64,000 nucleotides of DNA from Candidatus Falkowbacteria bacterium (GTDB lineage Bacteria > Patescibacteriota > Patescibacteriia > Patescibacteriales > UBA12465). The notes under the pieces were generated by a model. The model saw nothing but the letters and a program-made list of their open reading frames with translations, was not told where the DNA came from and made no database searches. The stretch's first letter is position 1, and every line of letters starts with the position of its first letter. Shown here one piece after another: positions 48,604-57,181 of this stretch. The position numbers and the translations under genes were made by a program. Where the stretch lies: contig JAAZJO010000010.1 of the NCBI GenBank assembly GCA_012800315.1, forward strand, positions 45,942-109,941. Direction: 5' to 3'.

Positions 48604-49594
48604 AATCACAAACGTTATCTGTAAAAGCTTTACGTCGACAATTCCCATGATTTTGGTTTGAACCACAGGTTGGGTGTTGTTCTGTAGAAGCGCATTTATA
48701 ATCATCTTCTTTGGGGTCTCCACAGGCTGCTCCAGGCGGTAGACAAGGTTGACAAGATCCATTTTGACAATATCCAAAAGCAGTTAATGGAACTGTTGTT
48801 TGTCCAGAGGTTGATAATTTTGTGTAAGTACAAGCCTCTTTATCTTTTTTTCCTTCACAACCACCAGAAAATAAATCTGATGAATTTGGAATATACGGTG
48901 CGGTAGTAGTATTTGTTTTTTCGCATTTATATTGGTCTGCAGACGAGACTCTAATATACCCTAAATCTAATGATCCACAAGGATAATTTGAGTTAATAGT
49001 GACTCCTGAGGCCTCTAAGTCTTTGGCCCATTTGCAATCACTTAATTCTCCGGTTCCTAAGTTTGATTTGCAACAACAATCATCATAGTGATTATTTACT
49101 TCTTTAGCTACTAATTTATTTACAGCGATAGGTTGTAAATTAACCAGTTTAGGATTAATAGTGTTTAATATTGTCCAGGAGATAAGTAAAATAATTAAAC
49201 CAACGATGCTGCCAGAAATTAAATTTTTTGCTTTAGAAATTTTACCTGAATCACCACCAGAAGTTAACCAGATAAGACCAGCACCCATTAATATAATAGT
49301 GGCTAAAATTCCGACAATAGCTAGTCCATAATTATAAAAAGATCCAATATATCTTGGTAATAAATCAGTATAGATTTTTCCATCTTTTAACGAGTCAACT
49401 GGAATCGGAGTTCCTTTTTGAAATTCAGAGTCAGGAATAGTAACCTGCGGCGTAAAGTTTAGGGTATCTTCCAGATCTACTTTGGCGGCCATAGCTGATA
49501 GAGGAACTGATAAAATAAATATTGCGCCTATAACTTGTAGCCCCAAAAATAGTCTGATTAAAATTTTATTAAGATTAGATTTAGGTTTAAACAT
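48596..49594 (-). CDS. CPR-type pilin (TrbC/VirB2-like) with a Cys-rich C-terminal domain
   Basis: Signal peptide ending SAMA; FTPQVTIP; YIGSFYNYGLAIVGILA...WLTSGGDSGKISKAKNLI...ILNTINPKLV; about 16 Cys in the tail; ATG 49594. Confidence 0.8.
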   Translation of the reverse strand: MFKPKSNLNKILIRLFLGLQVIGAIFILSVPLSAMAAKVDLEDTLNFTPQVTIPDSEFQKGTPIPVDSLKDGKIYTDLLPRYIGSFYNYGLAIVGILATIILMGAGLIWLTSGGDSGKISKAKNLISGSIVGLIILLISWTILNTINPKLVNLQPIAVNKLVAKEVNNHYDDCCCKSNLGTGELSDCKWAKDLEASGVTINSNYPCGSLDLGYIRVSSADQYKCEKTNTTTAPYIPNSSDLFSGGCEGKKDKEACTYTKLSTSGQTTVPLTAFGYCQNGSCQPCLPPGAACGDPKEDDYKCASTEQHPTCGSNQNHGNCRRKAFTDNVCDYE

Positions 49595-49607
49595 ATTATT
49601 TGCGTAA

Positions 49608-50759
49608 CTATATTTTACCAATAAATTTTATTTTTTGACCATTCTTTTTTTTCACATCAGTTACTATTTCTCTAATCATTTTTTGCGTGATATCACGTCC
49701 GCCTAAGCCAACAATATAATTTTTAATATTTAATTGATTATTTGGTAAAGAAGCTTGGATGTCAGAAAACAAGGGACCGGCTTGCCCTAAACTAATTGCT
49801 TTTTCAATGACAGCAATATTTTTGGCCGTTAATAAAATTTGGCTAACTTCTTTTGCAGGAAATGGGCGATAAGTTTTTATTTTCAAAAGGCCAGTTCTCT
49901 GATCATTTTTTAGAGTTTCGCGAATGGTACCAATAACTGAGCCCATAGCTACTAAAATAGTTTCTGGTTTTTTAGGACCAGAGTATTCAACTAAGCCGCT
50001 ATCTTTATTTTTTCTCCCTAAGAGATGCATTAAATCTTTATATTCTTTTTTAATGATAGTTAAACTAGCTGTTAAATCATGGTGTAAGTTTTCCCGGGTT
50101 TCAAAATAATCAGCAGGGGTAGCAAAAATACCAAAAGTCATTGGTTTTTTTGGATTTAAAAACTGATCCGCTTTAGGGGCGTAGTTTGGGAGAAATTTTT
50201 TTATTATTTTTGAGGAAGGGATAATAACCGGCTCAAAAGCATGAGTTAAAATAAAACCATCAACATTAACCATCACTGGCAGGCGTAATTGCTCAGCAAT
50301 TTTGTAAGCTAAAATGTGAAGATCAACAGCTTCTTGATTAGAATCAGCAAAGAAATGAATCCAGCCAGCATCACGAATAGTCATAACATCGCTATGATCA
50401 TTCCAAATATTTATAGGAGCAGAAATAGCGCGATTAGCGCAAGTCATAACTACGGGCAATCTTAGGCCAGCGATGTTAAAAATAACCTCAGTCATTAATA
50501 GCAAACCTTGTGAACTAGTAGCGCTATAACTACGCACACCGGTAGCGCTAGCGCCTAAAATAATTGAGGCAGCCGCAAATTCGCTTTCTGCTCTTAGATA
50601 TTCATAATCAGCCTCGCCATCCGCTTTTAGTTTGGCTAGTTTTTCAACAATGTGAGTTTGGGGGGTGATTGGGTAAGCGGAAATGACTGCTGGTTTAATA
50701 TTTTTAATCACAGCCGCAATAGCTTGAGAACCTTCTAAGAGTTGTTTTTTATTTTCCAT
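49608..50759 (-). CDS. porA: Pyruvate:ferredoxin oxidoreductase alpha subunit
   Basis: AYPITPQT, ESEFAA, ATSSQGL, ANRAISAPINIWNDHSD, GLGGRD. Confidence 0.92.
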   Translation of the reverse strand: MENKKQLLEGSQAIAAVIKNIKPAVISAYPITPQTHIVEKLAKLKADGEADYEYLRAESEFAAASIILGASATGVRSYSATSSQGLLLMTEVIFNIAGLRLPVVMTCANRAISAPINIWNDHSDVMTIRDAGWIHFFADSNQEAVDLHILAYKIAEQLRLPVMVNVDGFILTHAFEPVIIPSSKIIKKFLPNYAPKADQFLNPKKPMTFGIFATPADYFETRENLHHDLTASLTIIKKEYKDLMHLLGRKNKDSGLVEYSGPKKPETILVAMGSVIGTIRETLKNDQRTGLLKIKTYRPFPAKEVSQILLTAKNIAVIEKAISLGQAGPLFSDIQASLPNNQLNIKNYIVGLGGRDITQKMIREIVTDVKKKNGQKIKFIGKI

Positions 50760-50764
50760 ATTAC

Positions 50765-51040
50765 TTAAAAATCATTTTCCATTTTTATAGCTTTAACTGG
50801 GCATTCGTGTGCACATAGACCACAGCCTTTGCAATAGTCATAATTTATTTTTGCTTTTATTTTTTCCGTTTTAATCTGTTTTTTCATTTCAATACAGCCT
50901 TCTGGACAAAGCTTGGCACATAATGAGCAGCCGACACAGGTATTTAAATTAATTACTGGCTTGACTGTTCGCCAAGAGCCAGTTTTATTAGCTAGGCTAG
51001 AGTTTGCTTGAGCGGAAAGATTAGTGATTGGCGCTTTCAT
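50765..51040 (-). CDS. porD: POR delta subunit (2x[4Fe-4S] ferredoxin)
   Basis: KTGSWR, CVGCSLCAKLCP, YDYCKGCGLCAHECP. Confidence 0.92.
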   Translation of the reverse strand: MKAPITNLSAQANSSLANKTGSWRTVKPVINLNTCVGCSLCAKLCPEGCIEMKKQIKTEKIKAKINYDYCKGCGLCAHECPVKAIKMENDF

Positions 51041-51581
51041 AATTTTTAGTGATGGCTAAAATATTTTTTTTAATTATTTCTTGTCCCTTTTCTTTAAATT
51101 TTTCAGTAATGGCTTTTTTTAATGATTCTAAGCTAACTAGACCGGTATATTTAGCAAAGGCGCCAAGAATAGTGGTATTAACTATATTTTTCCCGAATAT
51201 TTCCATGGCAATTTCGGTGGCGGCGGTGAAATAAAGATATTTAAATTTTTTCTTTAATTCCGGCCATTTATTTTCTGGAGCATTAATAATTATAATTGTT
51301 TCTGGAGTGCGGCCAGCAAAAACATCAACACTTTCTAATAGTGTAGCATCTTGAATAATTAAAATGCTCGGCTGATAAATTTGTTCACGAGTTGTGATTG
51401 CTTGATGACTGAGGCGGACGAATGATTGGATTGGAGCACCAGTTCTTTCTACACCAAAATTAGGAAAGGCCTGGGCTTCATAGCCTTCGTAAAAAGCAGC
51501 TAGGGCGATAAGCTCAGTGGCTGTAACCACTCCTTGCCCACCGCGTCCATGAATTCTTATTTGTTCCAGTTTATTTTTCAT
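51021..51581 (-). CDS. porC: POR gamma subunit
   Basis: IRIHGRGGQGVVT, FGVERTGAP, NTTILGA. Confidence 0.92.
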   Translation of the reverse strand: MKNKLEQIRIHGRGGQGVVTATELIALAAFYEGYEAQAFPNFGVERTGAPIQSFVRLSHQAITTREQIYQPSILIIQDATLLESVDVFAGRTPETIIIINAPENKWPELKKKFKYLYFTAATEIAMEIFGKNIVNTTILGAFAKYTGLVSLESLKKAITEKFKEKGQEIIKKNILAITKNYESANH

Positions 51582-51588
51582 TTTTAGT

Positions 51589-52365
51589 TTAGTTATTTTC
51601 GGTGGTTGTGCTTAGTGATAGTTGCTGTAAAATACCGTCAAACAATTCTCTAAACTTTTCAGTTGGATAATAACCGGTAAGAGGATAATTATTAACAAAC
51701 CAAGTTGGTGTGCCTTGTATTTGGAGAGCTTGACCATCATCATAGTCTTTTTTAATTTCGCTGATATAGGTTCGGTTGTTAAAACAAGCTTCAAATTTCG
51801 CCATATCTAAAACATTGAGAGAGTTAGCCCAAGAAATAATATCAGCTTTTATGGTCGTAGGCTCTTTTAAATAATCTTGATTAAGGAATAGAGAATCAAA
51901 AGCTTCCCAATACTGCCCTTGTTCACCAGCACAACGAGCAGCTAAAGAGAGATCTATTGAAGTGTCATGGATTGGATAATCGCGAACAACGTATCTGACG
52001 GTTTGCTTATATTCTTCAGTTAATTTTCTCATTTCTTCAGAGGCTTGTTTGCAGAAAGGGCAGGCGAAATCATTAAATTCAACGATAGTGATTTTAGGAT
52101 CAGGGGATCCGGTAGCATAGGGACTTCCTCCGTTAATTAAATTTAAATAGATTTGACCTTGATTTTCTAGAGCGTTTAAAGATTCTCCAGCTTGGATACG
52201 CTTTACTTCCTTAATAACATAGATAGTTGAGGCGATGATGGCAGCTAAAACTAAACTTAGGATAAGTAAAAGAATTATCCCCCACCATTTTTTATACCAA
52301 GGGACAAAAAGTTGGCTGTGTCGCGCCTTCATTTCAACATATTTTATTCTGTCGTCTAAATTCAT
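51589..52365 (-). CDS. Membrane-anchored DsbA-family thiol-disulfide oxidoreductase
   Basis: TM helix, EFNDFACPFC, RDYPIH, AARCAGEQG, cis-Pro GTPT. Confidence 0.88.
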   Translation of the reverse strand: MNLDDRIKYVEMKARHSQLFVPWYKKWWGIILLLILSLVLAAIIASTIYVIKEVKRIQAGESLNALENQGQIYLNLINGGSPYATGSPDPKITIVEFNDFACPFCKQASEEMRKLTEEYKQTVRYVVRDYPIHDTSIDLSLAARCAGEQGQYWEAFDSLFLNQDYLKEPTTIKADIISWANSLNVLDMAKFEACFNNRTYISEIKKDYDDGQALQIQGTPTWFVNNYPLTGYYPTEKFRELFDGILQQLSLSTTTENN

Positions 52366-52417
52366 ATAAATTGAAAAATAAGCTCGTTTAAAGTATAATT
52401 TTATTATAACATAATTT

Positions 52418-53185
52418 ATGAAATTAATCTCTTGGAATGTTAATGGAATTCGGGCGGCGGCTAAGCATGGCTTGGCTCTTTTTTTGCAGGCGGAAAAACC
52501 AGATATTCTTTGTGTTCAAGAAGTAAAAATATCTGATTCCGCTCGTCTTGAGACGAAGCTTGATTTTTCAAATTATACAGAGTATTGGCACAGTGCTAAG
52601 AGACCGGGTTATAGCGGTACAGCTATTTTTGTGAAAGCAGGCTTTCCGGGTGTTTTGCAGGTCAAAAATGGTATTGGGATTGCTAAATTTGATGAAGAGG
52701 GGCGAGTACAGACTTTAGAATTAAAAAAATATTATCTAGTTAATGTTTATTTTCCAAATTCTAATGCTGAATTAACGCGCTTGCCGTATAAATTAGAGTT
52801 TAATAAGGCTTTATTAAAATATCTTAAAAAATTAGAGAAAAATAAACCAGTAATTGTGGCTGGAGATTATAATGTTGCTCATGAACCGATTGATTTAGCT
52901 CGCCCCAAAGAGAACGAAGGAAAGGCTGGCTTTACTTCTGAGGAAAGAGCCTGGTTTTCCTCCTTTTTACAAGCTGGTTTTATTGATACTTTTCGTTATC
53001 TGAACGGTGATCGGGTGCAATATTCTTGGTGGAGTTTTAGAACAGCGGCCAGAACCCGAAATATTGGTTGGCGGATTGATTATTTTTGTGTTTCAAAAAA
53101 ATTGAAGAAAAACTTGAAAAAAGCTTATATTTTAGATAAAATTAAAGGCTCAGATCATGCTCCAGTTGGTCTGGAAATAGACTAA
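52418..53185 (+). CDS. xth: Exodeoxyribonuclease III / AP endonuclease
   Basis: ISWNVNGIRA, CVQEVK, GDYNVAH, GWRIDY, GSDHAP. Confidence 0.95.
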   Translation: MKLISWNVNGIRAAAKHGLALFLQAEKPDILCVQEVKISDSARLETKLDFSNYTEYWHSAKRPGYSGTAIFVKAGFPGVLQVKNGIGIAKFDEEGRVQTLELKKYYLVNVYFPNSNAELTRLPYKLEFNKALLKYLKKLEKNKPVIVAGDYNVAHEPIDLARPKENEGKAGFTSEERAWFSSFLQAGFIDTFRYLNGDRVQYSWWSFRTAARTRNIGWRIDYFCVSKKLKKNLKKAYILDKIKGSDHAPVGLEID

Positions 53186-53212
53186 TTAAAATATATTTTA
53201 ATCCTTTTATAT

Positions 53213-55639
53213 ATGTATAATCACCAAGAAATTGAGAAAAAATGGCAAGAAATTTGGGCTCGCGAGAGGGTTTATCAGACTAAAACAGATCAAAGTAAGC
53301 CAAAATATTATATTTTGGATATGTTTCCTTATCCCTCTGGCGCTGGCCTGCATGTCGGCCATCCGAAAGGCTATATTGCTACTGATATTTTAGCGCGTTT
53401 AAAAATGATGCAGGGTTTTAATGTTTTACATCCCATGGGTTTTGACGCTTTTGGTTTGCCAGCAGAAAATTATGCAATTAAAAATAAACTTCATCCTAAA
53501 ATAGCTACTGATGAAAATATTGCGACTTATAAAAGACAGTTATCAATTTTAGGGTTTTCTTATGATTGGGACAGGGAAGTTAGTACTATAGATCCAGAGT
53601 ACTATAAATGGACGCAATGGATTTTTTTACAAATGTATAAACGTGGTTTAGCTTTTGAATCCAATGAACCGATTAATTGGTGTCCGTCTTGTAAAACAGG
53701 TTTGGCTAATGAAGATTTAGAAGATGGAAAATGCGAGCGTTGTTCTACTCCTGTAATTCAAAAGCCGTTAAGACAGTGGGTTTTACGGATTACTGATTAT
53801 GCCGATCGTTTACTTGATGATTTAGATAAGTTGCCAGGCTGGGAGGATTCAATTAAGGAAATGCAAAGAAACTGGATTGGGCGCAGCGAGGGGGCGGAGG
53901 TTGATTTTAAAATTAAGGATAGTGAGCAAAAAATAAAAGTATTTACCACTCGGATTGATACGATTTTTGGCTGTACCTATATAGTAGTTGCTCCAGAAAA
54001 CAGTTTAGTGACGGAGTTAAAAGAGAAAATTGAGAATTGGAGTGAAGTAGCGCTTTATATTGAAGAATGTCAGAGTAAAACTGATTTACAACGCACAGAT
54101 TTAAATAAAGAAAAAACTGGAGTTTGCTTGAAAGGAGTTAAGGCGATTAATCCTTTTAATCAGGAAGAGGTTGATATTTTTATTGCTGATTATGTTTTAA
54201 ATTCTTATGGTACTGGTGCGGTTATGGCTGTACCAGCTCATGATGAACGTGATTTTGCTTTTGCTAAAAAATTTGGCACCAGAATAAAAGCAGTTATTTT
54301 TCCAGATGAACAGTCAGAGTATGAGGGGAAGGGCGCTTATATAGCAGATGGTTTGTTACGTAATTCAGGAGAGTTTACTGGCTTAAGTTCGCCAGTCGCT
54401 CGTCAAGAAATGATTGCTTATTTAGAGAAAAATAATTTAGGGGCAAAGAAGGTTAATTTCAAAATTAAGGATTGGGTTTTTTCTCGTCAACGATATTGGG
54501 GCGAACCAATTCCATTAATTCATTGTCCGCAATGCGGTGTTGTACCGGTTCCTGAAGAAGAATTGCCATTACTTTTACCAGAGGTGAAGAGTTATGAACC
54601 AACAGATACGGGCGAATCACCATTAGCTCTTATTAGTGATTGGGTTCAGACAACCTGTCCACAGTGTGGTGGTCCAGCAAAGCGAGAAACAAATACTATG
54701 CCACAATGGGCTGGCTCTTGTTGGTATTATTTGCGCTACATTGATCCTCATAATGATCAGGCATTAGTAGATAAGGGTTTAGAAAAATATTGGTCACCAG
54801 TTGATTTTTATGTTGGTGGGGCAGAACACGCTACTCGTCATTTAATTTATGCGCGTTTTTGGCATAAATTTTTATTTGACATTGGAGTAGTTAATTATGA
54901 AGAACCATTCACTAAGCTCCAGCATGTGGGTTTAATTATGGGAGAAGACGGACGAAAAATGAGTAAGCGTTGGGGGAATGTGATTAATCCTGATGAAATT
55001 GTTAGTCAATATGGAGCGGACGCTTTGCGTGTTTATGAAATGTTTATGGGACCTTTTGATCAGGCTTGTAATTGGAACACTAATGGTCTAATTGGAGTGA
55101 GAAAGTTTTTAGAGAAAGTTTATAATTTAGGTGAGTTAGATAATTTTCAAGAAGTAAAAGAAGTTAAGTCCTTGCTCCATAAAACTATTAAGAAAGTTAG
55201 TGCGGATATTGAGAGTTTTTGTTTTAACACAGCTGTTTCTGCTTTAATGATTTTAGTTAATGAAATTGTGGAAGTGAAAAATAAAATTTCTGCTTTACCC
55301 TTAACTAAAGAAGACTTTTTTAAATTATTGCAGATATTATCTCCTTTTGCACCACATATCAGTGAAGAATTAGCTGAATCGCTAGGCTATACGGGCAGTA
55401 TTTTTGCTAGCACTTGGCCACAATATGATGAAAATTTAATTAAGGATGAAAAAATTAATTTGGTTATTCAGGTTAATGGGAAATTAAGAGCCACTTTATT
55501 AGCGTCGGCTGAAATTACGGAGGAGGCTGCTTTAGAATTAGCTCGTCAAGAAAAATTGGTTAGCAAATGGTTAACTGATAAAGAAATCGTTAAAGTAATT
55601 TTTGTGCCGGGGAAATTATTAAATATTGTTGTTAAGTAA
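53213..55639 (+). CDS. leuS: Leucine--tRNA ligase
   Basis: MFPYPSGAGLHVGH, GTGAVMAVPAHDERD, KMSKRWGN, QVNGKLR. Confidence 0.97.
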   Translation: MYNHQEIEKKWQEIWARERVYQTKTDQSKPKYYILDMFPYPSGAGLHVGHPKGYIATDILARLKMMQGFNVLHPMGFDAFGLPAENYAIKNKLHPKIATDENIATYKRQLSILGFSYDWDREVSTIDPEYYKWTQWIFLQMYKRGLAFESNEPINWCPSCKTGLANEDLEDGKCERCSTPVIQKPLRQWVLRITDYADRLLDDLDKLPGWEDSIKEMQRNWIGRSEGAEVDFKIKDSEQKIKVFTTRIDTIFGCTYIVVAPENSLVTELKEKIENWSEVALYIEECQSKTDLQRTDLNKEKTGVCLKGVKAINPFNQEEVDIFIADYVLNSYGTGAVMAVPAHDERDFAFAKKFGTRIKAVIFPDEQSEYEGKGAYIADGLLRNSGEFTGLSSPVARQEMIAYLEKNNLGAKKVNFKIKDWVFSRQRYWGEPIPLIHCPQCGVVPVPEEELPLLLPEVKSYEPTDTGESPLALISDWVQTTCPQCGGPAKRETNTMPQWAGSCWYYLRYIDPHNDQALVDKGLEKYWSPVDFYVGGAEHATRHLIYARFWHKFLFDIGVVNYEEPFTKLQHVGLIMGEDGRKMSKRWGNVINPDEIVSQYGADALRVYEMFMGPFDQACNWNTNGLIGVRKFLEKVYNLGELDNFQEVKEVKSLLHKTIKKVSADIESFCFNTAVSALMILVNEIVEVKNKISALPLTKEDFFKLLQILSPFAPHISEELAESLGYTGSIFASTWPQYDENLIKDEKINLVIQVNGKLRATLLASAEITEEAALELARQEKLVSKWLTDKEIVKVIFVPGKLLNIVVK

Positions 55640-55656
55640 TATCATTATTAAATAAA

Positions 55657-56526
55657 ATGTCTGATTTATTGCCCGAAATTAGAGAAATTTGTCGTTTATG
55701 CGATATTAAACCAGCTCGGAGCAAGGGGCAGAATTTTTTAGTTAATGAACGTATTTATGATGATATTGTGGCTGCTGCGGAAATTAAAGCAGACGATATT
55801 ATTTTAGAAGTTGGTCCGGGCTTAGGTTTTTTAACTTTAAAATTGGCTAAGCAAGCGGAACGAGTTATCGCGGTTGAGCTTGATGATAAATTAGCTGATT
55901 ATTTACAAACCGGTATTGCAGCTAAGGATATTAAAAATATTGAAATTGTTAATGAAGATATTTTACGTTTTAATCTTGGTCATTATTTAAAGTCTTCAGA
56001 AGAATATAAAATAGTTGCTAATTTGCCCTATAATATTACTTCTATTTTTTTGCGAATCTTTCTTTCCTCGCCTCAGCCACCCCAATCATTAATTTTGATG
56101 CTACAAAAAGAAGTGGCAGAGAGAATTGTCGCTACTCCGCCAAAAATGAATCTTTTAGCTTTGGCGGTTCAATATTATGCCGAAGCAAAGATCGTGCGCG
56201 AGGTAAAGGCGGGCAATTTTTGGCCGGAGCCAAAAGTGGATAGCGCTGTTATAAAAATAGAGGTTAAAAAGCATGCGCCAGCTCACTCACAAACTCTCAA
56301 AAATCAACTAATTAAAGATAAACAATTTTTTCGCTTAGCTAAAATTGCTTTTAGCGCTAAAAGAAAAATGTTAAAAAATAATTTAGCTAGCGGATTAAAA
56401 ATTGATCAAAAAATAATTACTGAGTTACTTATTAAAAATAAATTTAATCCTCAGCTACGAGCGGAAGATTTAAGCCTAGAAGATTGGCGAAAACTATTTG
56501 CGACCTTTAGTGAATTTATGGTATAA
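55657..56526 (+). CDS. rsmA: 16S rRNA m6,2A dimethyltransferase
   Basis: GQNFL, LEVGPGLG, VANLPYNITS, QKEVAERI, PKVDSA. Confidence 0.95.
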   Translation: MSDLLPEIREICRLCDIKPARSKGQNFLVNERIYDDIVAAAEIKADDIILEVGPGLGFLTLKLAKQAERVIAVELDDKLADYLQTGIAAKDIKNIEIVNEDILRFNLGHYLKSSEEYKIVANLPYNITSIFLRIFLSSPQPPQSLILMLQKEVAERIVATPPKMNLLALAVQYYAEAKIVREVKAGNFWPEPKVDSAVIKIEVKKHAPAHSQTLKNQLIKDKQFFRLAKIAFSAKRKMLKNNLASGLKIDQKIITELLIKNKFNPQLRAEDLSLEDWRKLFATFSEFMV

Positions 56527-56527
56527 T
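56498..56527 (+). promoter_or_regulatory. Promoter for the 56562/57182 gene pair
   Basis: TTGCGA-18 nt-TATAAT with extended -10 (TGGTATAAT) over the end of rsmA. Confidence 0.5.
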
Positions 56528-56561
56528 CAAATTAAATTAAAGCTAAGATTATCTTATTTTT

Positions 56562-57158
56562 ATGGCTTCAGCTAGAAATCCTTTAGAGAGAAGAAAAAAT
56601 AAGCAAATTGCCGCTAATTCGCCTCGTAATAAAAAAATAGTGGTGTTATTTTTTAGTTTTTTTGCTATTTTAATACTTATTTTTTCCGGTTGGAGATTTT
56701 ATAAGTTTTTAAATGAACCTTTTAGAGTTGAGGGAGAGGGAAGAAATGAGGTAGATATTAATGCTTATTTAGATCCTCTTGATTCGGATAGTGATGGTTT
56801 GTCTGATTATGATGAAATTAATATTTATCATACTTCTCCGTATTTACCCGATTCGGATAGTGATGGTATTTCTGACTATGATGAAATTATGGCTGGTACT
56901 GATCCGAATTGTCCGACTGGTAAAGTTTGTAATACAGCTGAGACGGTTATTACTCCTAAAGATAATTTAGGCACTGATAATAATATTAATGAAGAAAATA
57001 ATCTTTTAACTAGTGGTGAAGTTACTCCAGATTTTTTAAGACAGATATTAATTCAAAGTGGTTCTGATCCAGAAATAGTGGAGCAAATTAGTGATGAAGA
57101 CTTAATGGCCGCTTATCAAGAAGCAGTTAATAGTCAAGTTGAAGTGATTAGTGAATAA
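56562..57158 (+). CDS. Membrane-anchored protein with bacterial TSP3-like Ca-binding DxDxDG repeats
   Basis: TM helix; DSDSDGLSDYDE and DSDSDGISDYDE 23 aa apart (GATTCGGATAGTGATGGT duplicated); then CPTGKVC. Confidence 0.8.
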   Translation: MASARNPLERRKNKQIAANSPRNKKIVVLFFSFFAILILIFSGWRFYKFLNEPFRVEGEGRNEVDINAYLDPLDSDSDGLSDYDEINIYHTSPYLPDSDSDGISDYDEIMAGTDPNCPTGKVCNTAETVITPKDNLGTDNNINEENNLLTSGEVTPDFLRQILIQSGSDPEIVEQISDEDLMAAYQEAVNSQVEVISE

Positions 57159-57181
57159 GAATATAGATAGTTTATATAAAA

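Noticed and set aside
48604-48777. 58-aa N-terminal extension of porB in the ORF track
   Set aside because: It overlaps the pilin C-terminus in another frame; the POR-beta motifs start after ATG 48603
56781-56867. 18-nt direct repeat that could suggest a CRISPR array
   Set aside because: Only two copies, in frame, encoding DSDSDG Ca-binding repeats; no cas genes
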